Positions 34,974 through 44,674 are shown, counted from the first letter of the stretch. The stretch is 61,602 bases of DNA from a bacterium (GCA_036393975.1 DASWFZ010000098.1:1-61602), one strand, 5' to 3'. Notes: a model not told the origin generated them from the sequence alone. Numbers and translations are program-made.

Positions 34974-36023
34974 CTATGTTCGCTCGCGCACGGGGTATGC
35001 CTTGAGGATGGACGAGCCGACCAGGAACGAGACCACCGCCCCGACCAGGATGCCCGCCAATACCCCAAAGTAGCCCCCCCGTGGAGTCATCGCCATTTCC
35101 GCAAAGATGCTTCCGGGTGAGGGTGTGGCGACCAGGCCCGCGCCCGTGATGACAAACACGATATCCGCGGCAATCCCCCCCGCCCACATCGCGACGATCA
35201 TGATCGGATGCGCCAGCACATAAGGGAAGTAGATTTCGTGGATGCCGCCAAAGAAGTGGATGAGGATCGCACCAGGCGCAGACTGCTTGAAGTTCCCTTT
35301 GCCCACCCACCAATATGACAACAGCAGACCCAACCCAGGCCCGGGGTTGGTCTCCAACAAGAAGTGAATCGCCTTACCAGCCTGGGCCGAGGCCTGGACG
35401 CCGAGCGGCGCCAGAATGCCGTGGTTGATGGCGTTATTAAGGAAGAGCACCTTGGCGACTTCGATTGGAATGTCGGCCAGCGGGATGAGCCGGCTGGAGA
35501 TTAATGCTTGGACGCCCGCTGCAAACAGGTTGTTGCCCGCGAGAATCACCGGGCCGATCGCCACGCGACCCAGAAGCGCGAGAATTCCGGCGAGGATCCC
35601 CGCAGAGAAATTATTGATGAGCATCTCAAAGCCGCTGGGCGTCATTGGCTGCAGGACGCCGTCGACCTTTTTAGTGAGCCAGCCCCCCAGAGGGCCGACA
35701 ATCATGGCTCCGAGGAACTGCGGGATGTCGGATCCGACGACGATGCCGACCGTGGCCACCGCGCCGACGACCCCGCCCCGGTGGCCGTAAATCAGGGAGC
35801 CACCGGTGAAGCCAATAAGGATCGGCAGAAGGTAAACGATCATCGGGCCGACGAGCTTGGCCAGATTCTCGTTGGGGATCCAGCCAGTGGGAATGAAGAA
35901 AGCGGTGATCAGACCCCAGGCGATAAAGGCTCCGATGTTGGGGATGACCATCCCCGCCATGAAGCCGCCCACTCTCTGTACTCGTTCTCTCATCCAGGCC
36001 ACCTCCAGTGGCGTGATAACCAC
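34974..36023 (-). CDS. mtlA: PTS mannitol-specific EIIC permease
   Basis: VQRVGGFMAGMVIPNIGAFIAWGLITAFFIPTGWIPNE is nearly identical in pattern to the E. coli MtlA N-terminus. GTG start at 36023. Confidence 0.9.
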   Translation of the reverse strand: MVITPLEVAWMRERVQRVGGFMAGMVIPNIGAFIAWGLITAFFIPTGWIPNENLAKLVGPMIVYLLPILIGFTGGSLIYGHRGGVVGAVATVGIVVGSDIPQFLGAMIVGPLGGWLTKKVDGVLQPMTPSGFEMLINNFSAGILAGILALLGRVAIGPVILAGNNLFAAGVQALISSRLIPLADIPIEVAKVLFLNNAINHGILAPLGVQASAQAGKAIHFLLETNPGPGLGLLLSYWWVGKGNFKQSAPGAILIHFFGGIHEIYFPYVLAHPIMIVAMWAGGIAADIVFVITGAGLVATPSPGSIFAEMAMTPRGGYFGVLAGILVGAVVSFLVGSSILKAYPVRERT

Positions 36024-36214
36024 ACGGGTCTACTCCCTGGATCCGCGTCTCACCCCCTCTCGAACTAGTCCTTTAGAGGCTACGCGATGATGCACCTCGT
36101 TCCTTCATGCAGCGCTTAGCGCCCAGGAGGGGTCGCGGAGTACTGCTGAACTGAATTATGGCCCTGTCCTGCACACGTCATTCGTATAGTCGATGAGGCT
36201 CTTTGCTAGTTCGG

Positions 36215-36634
36215 TCACGGGATGATGGTCAAGGTCTCGCGGCGCCCTACCCTGTAGACTTGGAAGTCGCGCTTGTCCAGCGTAAACACCTGCCGAACGG
36301 CCTCCCGCTCGGCAACGCGTACTAAGGTGGCATCGGCGAGATCCATTGGGAGGTCTCGGTACTTCCGGATGAGGGCTCGCAGCCGGGGGAGATCCTCGCG
36401 CCGAAGTTCGACAACAAGCACGAGCTGGCGATCGAGCATGGCCAACAGGGCCTCTTGTGAGTCGAGGGGATTTTGGGTCTGTCCAAGCAAGTACATTGCT
36501 TCCGTCACGACGGGCCAAGTAGTAATCATGGGGTCAGACAGGCGCTTTAATACGCTGACGCAACGCTGGTGGTCTCCGTCGCTCTCGTCTAATACGGCCA
36601 CGAGCGGCCCCGCATCCACCAGTACGCCTCTCAT
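36215..36634 (-). CDS. vapC: PIN-domain toxin (VapC-type)
   Basis: N-terminal LVDAGPLVAVLD (first acidic PIN residue) and DLADATLV later. 139 aa. ATGA overlap with the upstream antitoxin. Confidence 0.75.
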   Translation of the reverse strand: MRGVLVDAGPLVAVLDESDGDHQRCVSVLKRLSDPMITTWPVVTEAMYLLGQTQNPLDSQEALLAMLDRQLVLVVELRREDLPRLRALIRKYRDLPMDLADATLVRVAEREAVRQVFTLDKRDFQVYRVGRRETLTIIP

Positions 36635-36924
36635 CGCCGCCTCTGACGTTGAGAAAATAGGTTGCGAAGTACCTCCTCCGATCGAGAAGCCAGGTCGTGC
36701 GGCCCGCCATGACCGATGCCCACAAGATCTGTCATTCTGTCGTAGAGGGTGCCCTCCGGCTTCGGGCGCGTGATTTCCTCGGCCATCCTGGCAATCGCCT
36801 CACGGATGATAGATGACTTCGTCCGGCCACTTTTCCGGGCAAGGCGGCGCACAGCCGATTCTGTCTCTTGGTCCAACCTGATACTTGTCGGCACGACCGC
36901 ACCTCTGAAGTGTGTGTCATACAT
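36631..36924 (-). CDS. Ribbon-helix-helix (CopG/VapB-like) antitoxin
   Basis: PTSIRLDQETESAVRRLARKSGRTKSSIIREAIARM is an RHH motif. The start is uncertain: ATG 36924, or the ORF-track TTG at 36954. Confidence 0.7.
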   Translation of the reverse strand: MYDTHFRGAVVPTSIRLDQETESAVRRLARKSGRTKSSIIREAIARMAEEITRPKPEGTLYDRMTDLVGIGHGGPHDLASRSEEVLRNLFSQRQRRR

Positions 36925-37270
36925 AGTTGTACTACACACTGGATGTTGGGTCAATCGGCCGCAGTCCCTCGGAGGGGAGACGGCCTACTGGAGGTGAAAC
37001 TGGCAGATGACGTCTAGCCGGAATGGTCCAGTGGAAGGCGCCCCCACAGACCGTGGTGTTTATCCTCATGACCGACAACCGGGTCCGGACTCGAGAACGG
37101 AAGTACAACCGCCGCAGCAAGGCGCAATTGTGTGTGCGCACGATCCCGGATGCGCGAGTCCTGCTGAATGGGAGTCGGGCAATGAGGCTGCCGCACCCGC
37201 TGCACACGCAATACATTCTCCTCGAATGCACGTGGGGCGCCGTTGCACAACGTCTCCTGGGGCAGTCCTA

Positions 37271-38326
37271 ATGCCGCCTCGCGTCCCCGGGCAGCGCATG
37301 TTGGAGGAGATCCGCGAGCAGCCGGGCGTGCTGGAGCGGGTCTGTAGGTTCGAGGGGCCAGCCGCGGCCACACTGGCTCGCCGCTTGCGTGTCCGCCGGC
37401 CGCAAATGGTGGTCCTCGCCGCACGGGGGACGTCAGACAACGCGGCGATTTACGGCCGCTATCTTATCGAAACTCACCTGGGCATTCCGGTGTCCCTCGC
37501 TGCACCGTCGGTGGTGACCTTATATGGAGCGCGGCTCCGCCTGCGCGGGACCGTGGTGATCGGCCTGTCCCAGTCGGGACAGTCGCCTGATATCGTGCGG
37601 TTCGTGGAAGAAGCGCGCGCCGCCGGCGCTCTGACCGTAGCGATAACAAATACCCCACAGTCGCCGCTGGGGCGGGCCGCGCACGAAGTGCTGTTCTTAC
37701 ACGCGGGGCCTGAACATAGCGTGGCGGCGACAAAGACCTACACGGCGCAACTCGCCCTGATGAGCTTGTTGGTCGCTCACGCGGCCGAAGACCTCGCACT
37801 GGTCCGCGCACATCAGCGACTCCCCGATGCCATGGCCGCAGCTCTCGGTACCGAGCCCGCCGTGCGCCCCGCGGCCGTCCTCTTGCGGAGACGGCGCGAG
37901 TGCTTGGTCACCTCGCGCGGGTTCAATTTCGCCACTGCTTTGGAGGGAGCGCTCAAGCTCAAGGAAAGTAGCCGTGTGGTCGCCGAGGCGCTGTCCTCGG
38001 CCGACTTGCTCCACGGTCCGATCGCGCTCGTAGAACGGGGATTTCCAGTGATCGTCACCGCCCCGCCGGGACGCGCGTTAGCGCACCTAACCCACCTGCT
38101 GCGGGGTCTCCGCCGACGGCATGCGCAAACGATCGTGCTCTCATCTGCACGGCAGGCGCTCCAAATCGCCGCCCTCCCTGTGCCACTCCCTCCGGTCGGG
38201 GAGGAGGCCCTCACTCCGCACGTGTACATCGTGCCGCTACAATTGCTGGCCTACCATGTCGCCAGACTCCGTGGGCTGGATCCAGATCGGCCGCGTGGTC
38301 TGCGGAAAGTCACCCGCGTGCTGTAG
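37271..38326 (+). CDS. SIS-domain sugar-phosphate isomerase/deaminase (GlmS C-terminal-like, no glutaminase domain)
   Basis: MLEEIREQPGVLERV, AARGTSDNAAIYGRYL and GLSQSGQSPDIV motifs. The likely start is ATG 37271 or ATG 37298. The 5' extension to 37007 in the ORF track has no homology pattern. Confidence 0.75.
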   Translation: MPPRVPGQRMLEEIREQPGVLERVCRFEGPAAATLARRLRVRRPQMVVLAARGTSDNAAIYGRYLIETHLGIPVSLAAPSVVTLYGARLRLRGTVVIGLSQSGQSPDIVRFVEEARAAGALTVAITNTPQSPLGRAAHEVLFLHAGPEHSVAATKTYTAQLALMSLLVAHAAEDLALVRAHQRLPDAMAAALGTEPAVRPAAVLLRRRRECLVTSRGFNFATALEGALKLKESSRVVAEALSSADLLHGPIALVERGFPVIVTAPPGRALAHLTHLLRGLRRRHAQTIVLSSARQALQIAALPVPLPPVGEEALTPHVYIVPLQLLAYHVARLRGLDPDRPRGLRKVTRVL

Positions 38327-38403
38327 TCATGACTCCCGCCCACGCCACCGCCTGTGAGGCAAGGGTTCAAAGCACTCGTCCGGGTAGACACAGCGAAAAC
38401 ACC

Positions 38404-39387
38404 TTAGAGCCGCCGGGCAGATCGAGCCAGGCGCTGCAGCATTCCGGGTGTCGGCGCCACGCCCACGGCCTCCAGCGCCAGCAGCGCGGCGCCAACCTCC
38501 GGAGGAAACGCGGGCGGACGGATCACGCACAGCGGGGCGCGTCGGCGGAGCGACCTCCGTAGGGGGTCCAGCACCAGCCGTCCCATCTCGAAGACCCCGC
38601 CGACAGGAAACACAGAAAACGCGTCGTCGAGCATCCTCAGACGGGATGCCACGGCGACCACCAACTCCCCAAGCTCGTAACCGGCCTGTTGAAGAATGTT
38701 CCGTGCCACATCGTCGCCTCTCAGTGCGGCTCTCTCGACGAGCGGGACCAATGACGCCAGCAGCGCACGCCCACCGCCCTCACCGTACACCCGCTGGCGA
38801 ATCTGGGCCCACCTGCCCAACCGCGCGGCCACCAGAGGCCGCAGCGCCGTCGCCGGACCGCGCCCATCGACATTGGCCAAGGCGGCTCGCAGCGCTGCGC
38901 GCCCAAGGCTCATCCCGCCACCAGCATCGTCGATGAGATACCCGTACCCGCCCGCGCGCGCAGTGTGCCCTTTCGCATTCCGCCCGTAGGCCACCGACCC
39001 CGTCCCGGCGATTACCGCCACGCCGGCGCGGCCGGCCGATGCTCCGGCGAACGCGATGGCCGCATCCCACGTGGCCTGGACATGGGGCGCGCGGGTGATT
39101 CCGCGGAGGATGCGGATGGCCGTGCGCGATTCCCGAGAATCCGGCTCCAGTCCCGTGAGCCCCGCCACCACCGAGCGAATCGCGACCCCATGCCCGGAGA
39201 CACCTCTCCGTGCTGAGGAAAACGCCTCACGCAATGCGCGACGTGTCTGCGCCTGTCCTGAGGCCCGGTAGAGGTGATCCACCGGGCCTCCGCGTCCGAC
39301 ACCCACGATGCGACCGGTGGCATCGAGCAGTACGCACGTGGTCGACGAGGCGCCGCCGTCCACACCCGCGACCACCACCCCTGTCAT
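38404..39387 (-). CDS. BadF/BadG/BcrA/BcrD-type ATPase (N-acetylglucosamine/N-acetylmannosamine kinase-like)
   Basis: N-terminal VAGVDGGASSTTCVLLDATGRIVGVGRGGP (ASKHA phosphate-1 motif). 4-nt overlap with nanE. Confidence 0.7.
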   Translation of the reverse strand: MTGVVVAGVDGGASSTTCVLLDATGRIVGVGRGGPVDHLYRASGQAQTRRALREAFSSARRGVSGHGVAIRSVVAGLTGLEPDSRESRTAIRILRGITRAPHVQATWDAAIAFAGASAGRAGVAVIAGTGSVAYGRNAKGHTARAGGYGYLIDDAGGGMSLGRAALRAALANVDGRGPATALRPLVAARLGRWAQIRQRVYGEGGGRALLASLVPLVERAALRGDDVARNILQQAGYELGELVVAVASRLRMLDDAFSVFPVGGVFEMGRLVLDPLRRSLRRRAPLCVIRPPAFPPEVGAALLALEAVGVAPTPGMLQRLARSARRL

Positions 39388-40085
39388 CCCCGGATCCCTT
39401 TCGTCCCTTCAACAAACACTTTCGTGAGCATCAGTGGATCGGTGATGGCGCGGCCCACGACCACGGCAAATGCCCCGGTACGGAGCGCCTCCCGTACTTG
39501 GGCCGGGGTGCGGTAACGCCCTTCGGCCACGACCGGAACCCGCAGCACCCCGCACAGCCTCCGCACCAGATCGAGATCCGGATCTTCGGGTGCAGGCCCC
39601 GCATCCGTGTATCCGGAGAGCGTCGTCGCAACGAGATCGGCACCGAGTGCGGCAGCGTGCATGCCCTCCTCCACTGTCGCCACATCGGCCATGACCGGTC
39701 GGCCCAGGACATTCTTGATCTTCGGGATCAGGCCGTCGAGCCGTTCTCCCCCTCTCCGCGGGCGGGATGTGGCGTCAAGCGCGATGATATCCGCCCCCGC
39801 GTCGGCGACCGCCTGCGCATCGGCAAACGTGGGCGTGATGTAGACCGGCGACTCCGGCGTCCAGACCTTGCGGATCCCGATAATGGGCACATCCACCGTG
39901 CGGCGCACCTCGCGGATATCATCCTCCCCGTTGAGTCGCAGGCCTGCAGCGCCTCCCATCGTCGCCGCCCGCGCTATCGCGGCGATCACCACAGGGTCGT
40001 GCAGGGGATGGCCCTCGCGGGCTTGGCAGGAGACGATGAGACCGCCGGCCAGCCTCTCCCGCCACTGCGCGCCCGCAGCCATCAT
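39384..40085 (-). CDS. nanE: N-acetylmannosamine-6-phosphate 2-epimerase
   Basis: LIVSCQAREGHPLHD ... GAAGLRLNG ... PIIGIRK matches the NanE pattern. 233 aa. Confidence 0.8.
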   Translation of the reverse strand: MMAAGAQWRERLAGGLIVSCQAREGHPLHDPVVIAAIARAATMGGAAGLRLNGEDDIREVRRTVDVPIIGIRKVWTPESPVYITPTFADAQAVADAGADIIALDATSRPRRGGERLDGLIPKIKNVLGRPVMADVATVEEGMHAAALGADLVATTLSGYTDAGPAPEDPDLDLVRRLCGVLRVPVVAEGRYRTPAQVREALRTGAFAVVVGRAITDPLMLTKVFVEGTKGIRG

Positions 40086-40909
40086 CCTTTCAGCGCTCCC
40101 GCGGTGAGCCCGCGGATGAAATGCTGCGACAGCAGCACGTACAAGGCCACGACAGGCAGCGCCGCCAACGTGAGCCCCGCAAAAAGCGTGGCCCAGTCGG
40201 TGTAGTACTGGCCGAAGAACGCCGTCATCCCCAAGGGCACCGTCTTCAGCCGATCGGAGTGGATGAACACGAGCGGGAAGAAAAAGTCATTCCAGATCGG
40301 AATGAGGTTGTAGACGGCCACGATGATCAGCGCAGGCCGGACCAGAGGCAACATGACCCGCCGGTAGATCAGCCACTCACTCGCGCCGTCGATCCGGGCG
40401 GCGCTATCGAGGTCAGAGGGCAGCGCACGGAAGAAACCGGTGAGGATGAAGACCGCACTCGGGAGCCCGCTCGCGGCGTAGGTGAGAATCAGGGCCCAGG
40501 GGGTATCCAGGAGACGCAGGTTGCGCATGAGGATGAACAGCGGGATGATCCCCAGCCGCAGCGGCAACATGAGCCCGCTCAAAAAATACAGATACAGCAG
40601 ATCATTGCCGCCAAACCGGAACCGCCCCAGAGCGTAGCCGGCCATCGCGCCCAGCACCAGGATGACGACGATCGACGCCAGCGTGATGACCACGCTGTTG
40701 CGGAAGTACAGGGCGAACTTCGCCTCCACCCAGACGCGCGTGAAATTCTCCCACCGCCACACCACGGGCAGGTCAAACGCATTCTGGAAGATTTCTCGCG
40801 TGTTCTTGAAAGCTGACAGCATCATGATCAGCAGGGGCACCAGCACCACCACGCTGTTGAGCACGAGCACGAGCTGACCCAACGGCATCCAGAGGGTCCG
40901 CTTCGTCAT
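40082..40909 (-). CDS. Carbohydrate ABC transporter permease (CUT1, MalG-like)
   Basis: LDSAARIDGASEWLIYRRVMLPLVRPAL conserved loop. Six TM helices. Confidence 0.85.
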   Translation of the reverse strand: MTKRTLWMPLGQLVLVLNSVVVLVPLLIMMLSAFKNTREIFQNAFDLPVVWRWENFTRVWVEAKFALYFRNSVVITLASIVVILVLGAMAGYALGRFRFGGNDLLYLYFLSGLMLPLRLGIIPLFILMRNLRLLDTPWALILTYAASGLPSAVFILTGFFRALPSDLDSAARIDGASEWLIYRRVMLPLVRPALIIVAVYNLIPIWNDFFFPLVFIHSDRLKTVPLGMTAFFGQYYTDWATLFAGLTLAALPVVALYVLLSQHFIRGLTAGALKG

Positions 40910-41952
40910 GCGAGCTCCACCTCACGGCGACGCAACCAGCCCGCCGCAAAAACCGAGACCGTCACCAGGAGGATAAACATCAGCACGGCGATCGCGGAGC
41001 CCACACCGATGTCCTGGAGCCCCGTATCGACCTCGCCAAACGCCATCCGGTAGAAGAATAGACCGAGCACGTCAGTGGAGCGATTCGGGCCGCCGGACAC
41101 ACCCTGGACGATGTAGGGCAACTCGAACCAGTTGAACGACCCGATGAAGGTGAGCAAGACAATGATCGTCACTGCCGACGCGAGCAGAGGGAAGACGACA
41201 TGCCGCGTGACCTGCCATTCGGTCGCGCCGTCGAGCCGCGCCGCCTCAAGATACTCGTCCGGCACGGCGTTGATCCCGGCCAGGAAGACAATCGTCGGGA
41301 AGCCCAACCACCGCCACGCATTCACCAGGGTCAACGTCACCAGAGCCGTGTGCGTGTCCCCCAACCACGGACGGGCGAGGGCGGCCAGCCCGAGGGTCGC
41401 CAGCAGCTGATTGACAATGCCGAAGACAGGGTTCAAAAAAAGCGCCCATAGGAATCCGACGATGATCAGGGACAGCGTCACGGGGAGAAAGAAGATGACC
41501 CGGTAAACTTTTGCCCCCCAGGGACCGCGCGCGAGCAGAAGCGCGAGCCCCAGGGCCACGACGTTCTGGGCGAGCATCGTTACGACGAAGACCACGACAT
41601 TGTGCCAAAAGGCATTGAGCAGTAGCTGCGAATACGGAAACGTGGTGAAAAGGCGGACGAAGTTCTCTAGACCGACGAGCTCCCGACGGCCGATTCCCTC
41701 CCACCGATAGAGGCTGTAGACGAGGGCGGAGACGATCGGGTAGGTCGTGAAGAGCGCGAAGAGGGCCGTGGCCGGTGCCAGGAAGATGACCAGCCACAGC
41801 CGCTGGCTACCGCGCCGGGTCAACCCGCGAGGGCGCGGTCGGGCAAACCGGGTGAGGGCAACGGAGGGCGGAGGCGCCTCCGCCCTCCGGGGACCACTAC
41901 CGGCCGCGGAACGGTTCGAACCAGGCACTGAGGCCTCGCGTGACCTCGTCAC
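40906..41952 (-). CDS. Carbohydrate ABC transporter permease (CUT1, MalF-like); start uncertain
   Basis: YLEAARLDGATEWQVTRHVVFPLL loop. The maximal ORF overlaps the SBP gene by 56 nt. An internal TTG at 41823 (MTRRGSQRLWLVIFLAPA...) would give a typical N-terminus. Confidence 0.8.
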   Translation of the reverse strand: MTRSREASVPGSNRSAAGSGPRRAEAPPPSVALTRFARPRPRGLTRRGSQRLWLVIFLAPATALFALFTTYPIVSALVYSLYRWEGIGRRELVGLENFVRLFTTFPYSQLLLNAFWHNVVVFVVTMLAQNVVALGLALLLARGPWGAKVYRVIFFLPVTLSLIIVGFLWALFLNPVFGIVNQLLATLGLAALARPWLGDTHTALVTLTLVNAWRWLGFPTIVFLAGINAVPDEYLEAARLDGATEWQVTRHVVFPLLASAVTIIVLLTFIGSFNWFELPYIVQGVSGGPNRSTDVLGLFFYRMAFGEVDTGLQDIGVGSAIAVLMFILLVTVSVFAAGWLRRREVELA

Positions 41953-43156
41953 CCACCTGCTCCGGCGTCTTCTGCCCCGCCATCATTCCCTGCAGCGCGC
42001 TCTGCAGCAACGTCGACCCGGTCGGAGCCTGCCACCGGAACCCCACCAGCATCATGTACGGCGTCGCCTTCCGGTTCATCTCCTGCACGTGTTTGAGGAT
42101 CGGATCAGTGATCACCACCCCCGGCACTGCCGACGTCTGCGCCAGCATGTCGGTGAACATCTGACCGAACTCGCGGGTGGCCGTGAAACGGATGAACTTG
42201 AGCGCGGCATCTAGGGACGGGGTCCGGGCGTTGATGCCATAGTTGCCGTCATTGAATGACGACACCCAGGGGACCTGCCCTCCCCGGAGCGGAGGTGTCG
42301 CAAAGACATCGAAGTCCAGAGCCTTGTTCTGCGCCTTGAAGAACCCAATTTCCCACGACCCTCCCATGAACATCGCCGCCTGCTCGTTGAGGAACAGTTG
42401 CTGCATCGTCGCATAGTCCACGCCCATGAAGTTTAGATGCATGTACGGACGGAGCTCCAGCATGCGGGCGAGTGCGTTCGTGTAGGTCGGGTCCTTGAAG
42501 CTCGTGTGCCCCGATGTCACCGCGTCATAGAAGACGGTCCCGCCGTAGAAATTGGGAGCGACCGCCCCCGCCATCAGCTCGAGCGTCCACCCCTCCTTCG
42601 CACCGTTCGCAATCGGCACGACGCCTTTGTCCTTGAGGGTCTTGCACACCGCGAGAAACTCGTCCCAGGACTTGGGGATGGACACTCCGGCCTGGGAGAA
42701 GATCTTCTTGTTGTAGTAGACGACGATCGTCTGGCTCGCAAACGGGACGCCGTAGAGCTTGCCGTCCTTGCGGCCACGCGCCCCGTCGAGCATCTGCCGG
42801 GAAAAGGTCTTCAGCTCGGGCACTGTGTCAAAGTCCAGCGGCGCCACAAACCCCGCCGCCGAGAAGGTCTCGAGGCCACCGTAGGCACGCAGGTGGATAA
42901 TGTCCGGCCCCTTGCCCCCCGTCAGTGCGGAGGAGAGGATGGTATTGTACTCGGTTTGCTTAAAGGGCACGAACTCGACTTGGATGCCGGGATTACGTTG
43001 CTCAAACACCTGAATCATCTTGTCATAGGCCCACTTATCTTCGACCCGCCAGCTCCAAAACGTGAGTTTCACCGGCGGCTGGGCGGTCACCGCCCCCGGG
43101 TCCAACGTGGCCACACACAAACACACTACGAGTCCCACCAGAACTCGCCTGCTCAC
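41897..43156 (-). CDS. Sugar ABC transporter substrate-binding protein (family 1)
   Basis: Signal peptide MSRRVLVGLVVCLCVATLDPGAVTAQ. 419 aa. First gene of the minus-strand amino-sugar operon. Confidence 0.8.
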   Translation of the reverse strand: MSRRVLVGLVVCLCVATLDPGAVTAQPPVKLTFWSWRVEDKWAYDKMIQVFEQRNPGIQVEFVPFKQTEYNTILSSALTGGKGPDIIHLRAYGGLETFSAAGFVAPLDFDTVPELKTFSRQMLDGARGRKDGKLYGVPFASQTIVVYYNKKIFSQAGVSIPKSWDEFLAVCKTLKDKGVVPIANGAKEGWTLELMAGAVAPNFYGGTVFYDAVTSGHTSFKDPTYTNALARMLELRPYMHLNFMGVDYATMQQLFLNEQAAMFMGGSWEIGFFKAQNKALDFDVFATPPLRGGQVPWVSSFNDGNYGINARTPSLDAALKFIRFTATREFGQMFTDMLAQTSAVPGVVITDPILKHVQEMNRKATPYMMLVGFRWQAPTGSTLLQSALQGMMAGQKTPEQVGDEVTRGLSAWFEPFRGR

Positions 43157-43387
43157 GGAACCACCCCCTGCGTATTGTTATGGATAGACTACGGCTTCGT
43201 GTCCGTCAGAGGCTCTCCTCCGGAACCCTACAGGGTTTCGGACTGCTGGAGCGCGCCGAGAGAAACGATCCCGGAACGCACGGGGGCCCTCGGCAGACTA
43301 GATTACAGGGCTCCCCCCGGAGGACGGCCAGAGGGCGGTGCGGAATAAGACATCCGATTCCACTTCATCTATACAAGGAGACTCCGT

Positions 43388-44674
43388 ATGACGAGAGCGC
43401 GATCTTTGCTCCTCCTGGCAGCCGTGATCTTCCTGCTGGGAGGAACCGTCATCCCCATCCAGCTGTTCCCGGCTCAGGCAGCCGAACAGGTGACCCTGAC
43501 CATCGAGAGCTGGCGCAACGATGACTTGTCGATCTGGCAAGATGCGATCCTTCCGGCTTTCACGAAGCGCTATCCAAACATCAAGGTGGTCTTTGCGCCC
43601 ACGGCACCCGCTGAATACAACGCGGCGCTGAACGCGAAGCTGACTGGCGCCACGGCAGGCGACCTCATCACGTGCCGCCCGTTCGACCAATCCCTGGGAC
43701 TGTACAAGCAAGGGTTCCTGGCTCCCCTCTCTGATCTCCCCGGCATGGCGAACTTTAGTTCCGTGGCCAAGAGTGCCTGGATCACCGATGACGGCAAGAC
43801 GGTCTTCTGCGTCCCGATGGCCTCGGTGATTCACGGCTTCATCTATAACGCCGACGCCTTCAAGCAGTTAGGGATCACTCCGCCCAAAACAGAAGCCGAG
43901 TTCTTCCAGGTCCTCGAGAAGATCAAGACGGACGGCCGCTACGTGCCCCTGGCCATGGGGATTGCCGACCAATGGGAAGCGGCGACGATGGGATTTCAGA
44001 ACATCGGCCCCAACTATTGGAAAGGCGAGGATGGGCGGCAGGCGCTGATCACGGGCAAGGGTAAATTCACTGACCCCGCCTACGTGGCGGTGTTTAAGTC
44101 GCTGGCCAAATGGCGCCCGTACCTCGGGTCGGGCTTTGAAGCTCAGAAATACCCCGACTCGCAGAACCTGTTCACGTTAGGCAAGGCCGCGATTTATCCC
44201 GCCGGGTCGTGGGAGATTAGCCTGTTCAATCAACAGGCGAAGTTCAAGATGGGCGCCTTCCCGCCACCCCTGCCTGCGGGGAGCTCGACATGCTACATCA
44301 GCGATCACACCGATATCGCGACGGGAATGAACAGCAAAACCCGGCACCCGGCGGAAGCTCGGACATTCCTGTCATGGATGGCGACCCCGGAGTTCGCGAC
44401 CCTGTACAGCAATGCCCTGCCTGGGTTCTTCAGCCTCTCGAATCAGAAAGTGACGTTGAAAGATCCTCTGGCTCAAACGTTCCTCAGCTGGCGGGGCCTT
44501 TGCAAATCCACGATCCGGAATTCGTACCAAATTCTCTCTCGCGGGGAACCCAACCTCGAGAACGAACTCTGGAGAGTTAGCGCGGGCGTCGTCAGCGGTA
44601 AGCTGGCACCTGAAGAGGCCGCCGCCCAGGTGCAGGCCGGGCTGAACAAGTGGTACAAACCACAGGCCAAGTGA
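43388..44674 (+). CDS. Sugar ABC transporter substrate-binding protein (family 1)
   Basis: AAGGAG RBS. Signal MTRARSLLLLAAVIFLLGGTVIPIQLFPAQAAEQ. 428 aa. Confidence 0.8.
   Translation: MTRARSLLLLAAVIFLLGGTVIPIQLFPAQAAEQVTLTIESWRNDDLSIWQDAILPAFTKRYPNIKVVFAPTAPAEYNAALNAKLTGATAGDLITCRPFDQSLGLYKQGFLAPLSDLPGMANFSSVAKSAWITDDGKTVFCVPMASVIHGFIYNADAFKQLGITPPKTEAEFFQVLEKIKTDGRYVPLAMGIADQWEAATMGFQNIGPNYWKGEDGRQALITGKGKFTDPAYVAVFKSLAKWRPYLGSGFEAQKYPDSQNLFTLGKAAIYPAGSWEISLFNQQAKFKMGAFPPPLPAGSSTCYISDHTDIATGMNSKTRHPAEARTFLSWMATPEFATLYSNALPGFFSLSNQKVTLKDPLAQTFLSWRGLCKSTIRNSYQILSRGEPNLENELWRVSAGVVSGKLAPEEAAAQVQAGLNKWYKPQAK

Noticed and set aside
37007-37270. An 88-codon N-terminal extension of the SIS gene, and a possible glmS ribozyme in the 300-bp upstream region.
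   Set aside because: The extension has no glutaminase (N-terminal Cys) features, and the typical start MLEEIREQP lies downstream. I found none of the conserved glmS-ribozyme core strings in 36955-37270.
39210-40816. Plus-strand ORFs of 331 aa and 231 aa over the kinase, nanE and permease genes.
   Set aside because: They are antisense to recognisable NanE, kinase and permease genes. Their products are dominated by R, P, D, H and Q. They are shadow ORFs.
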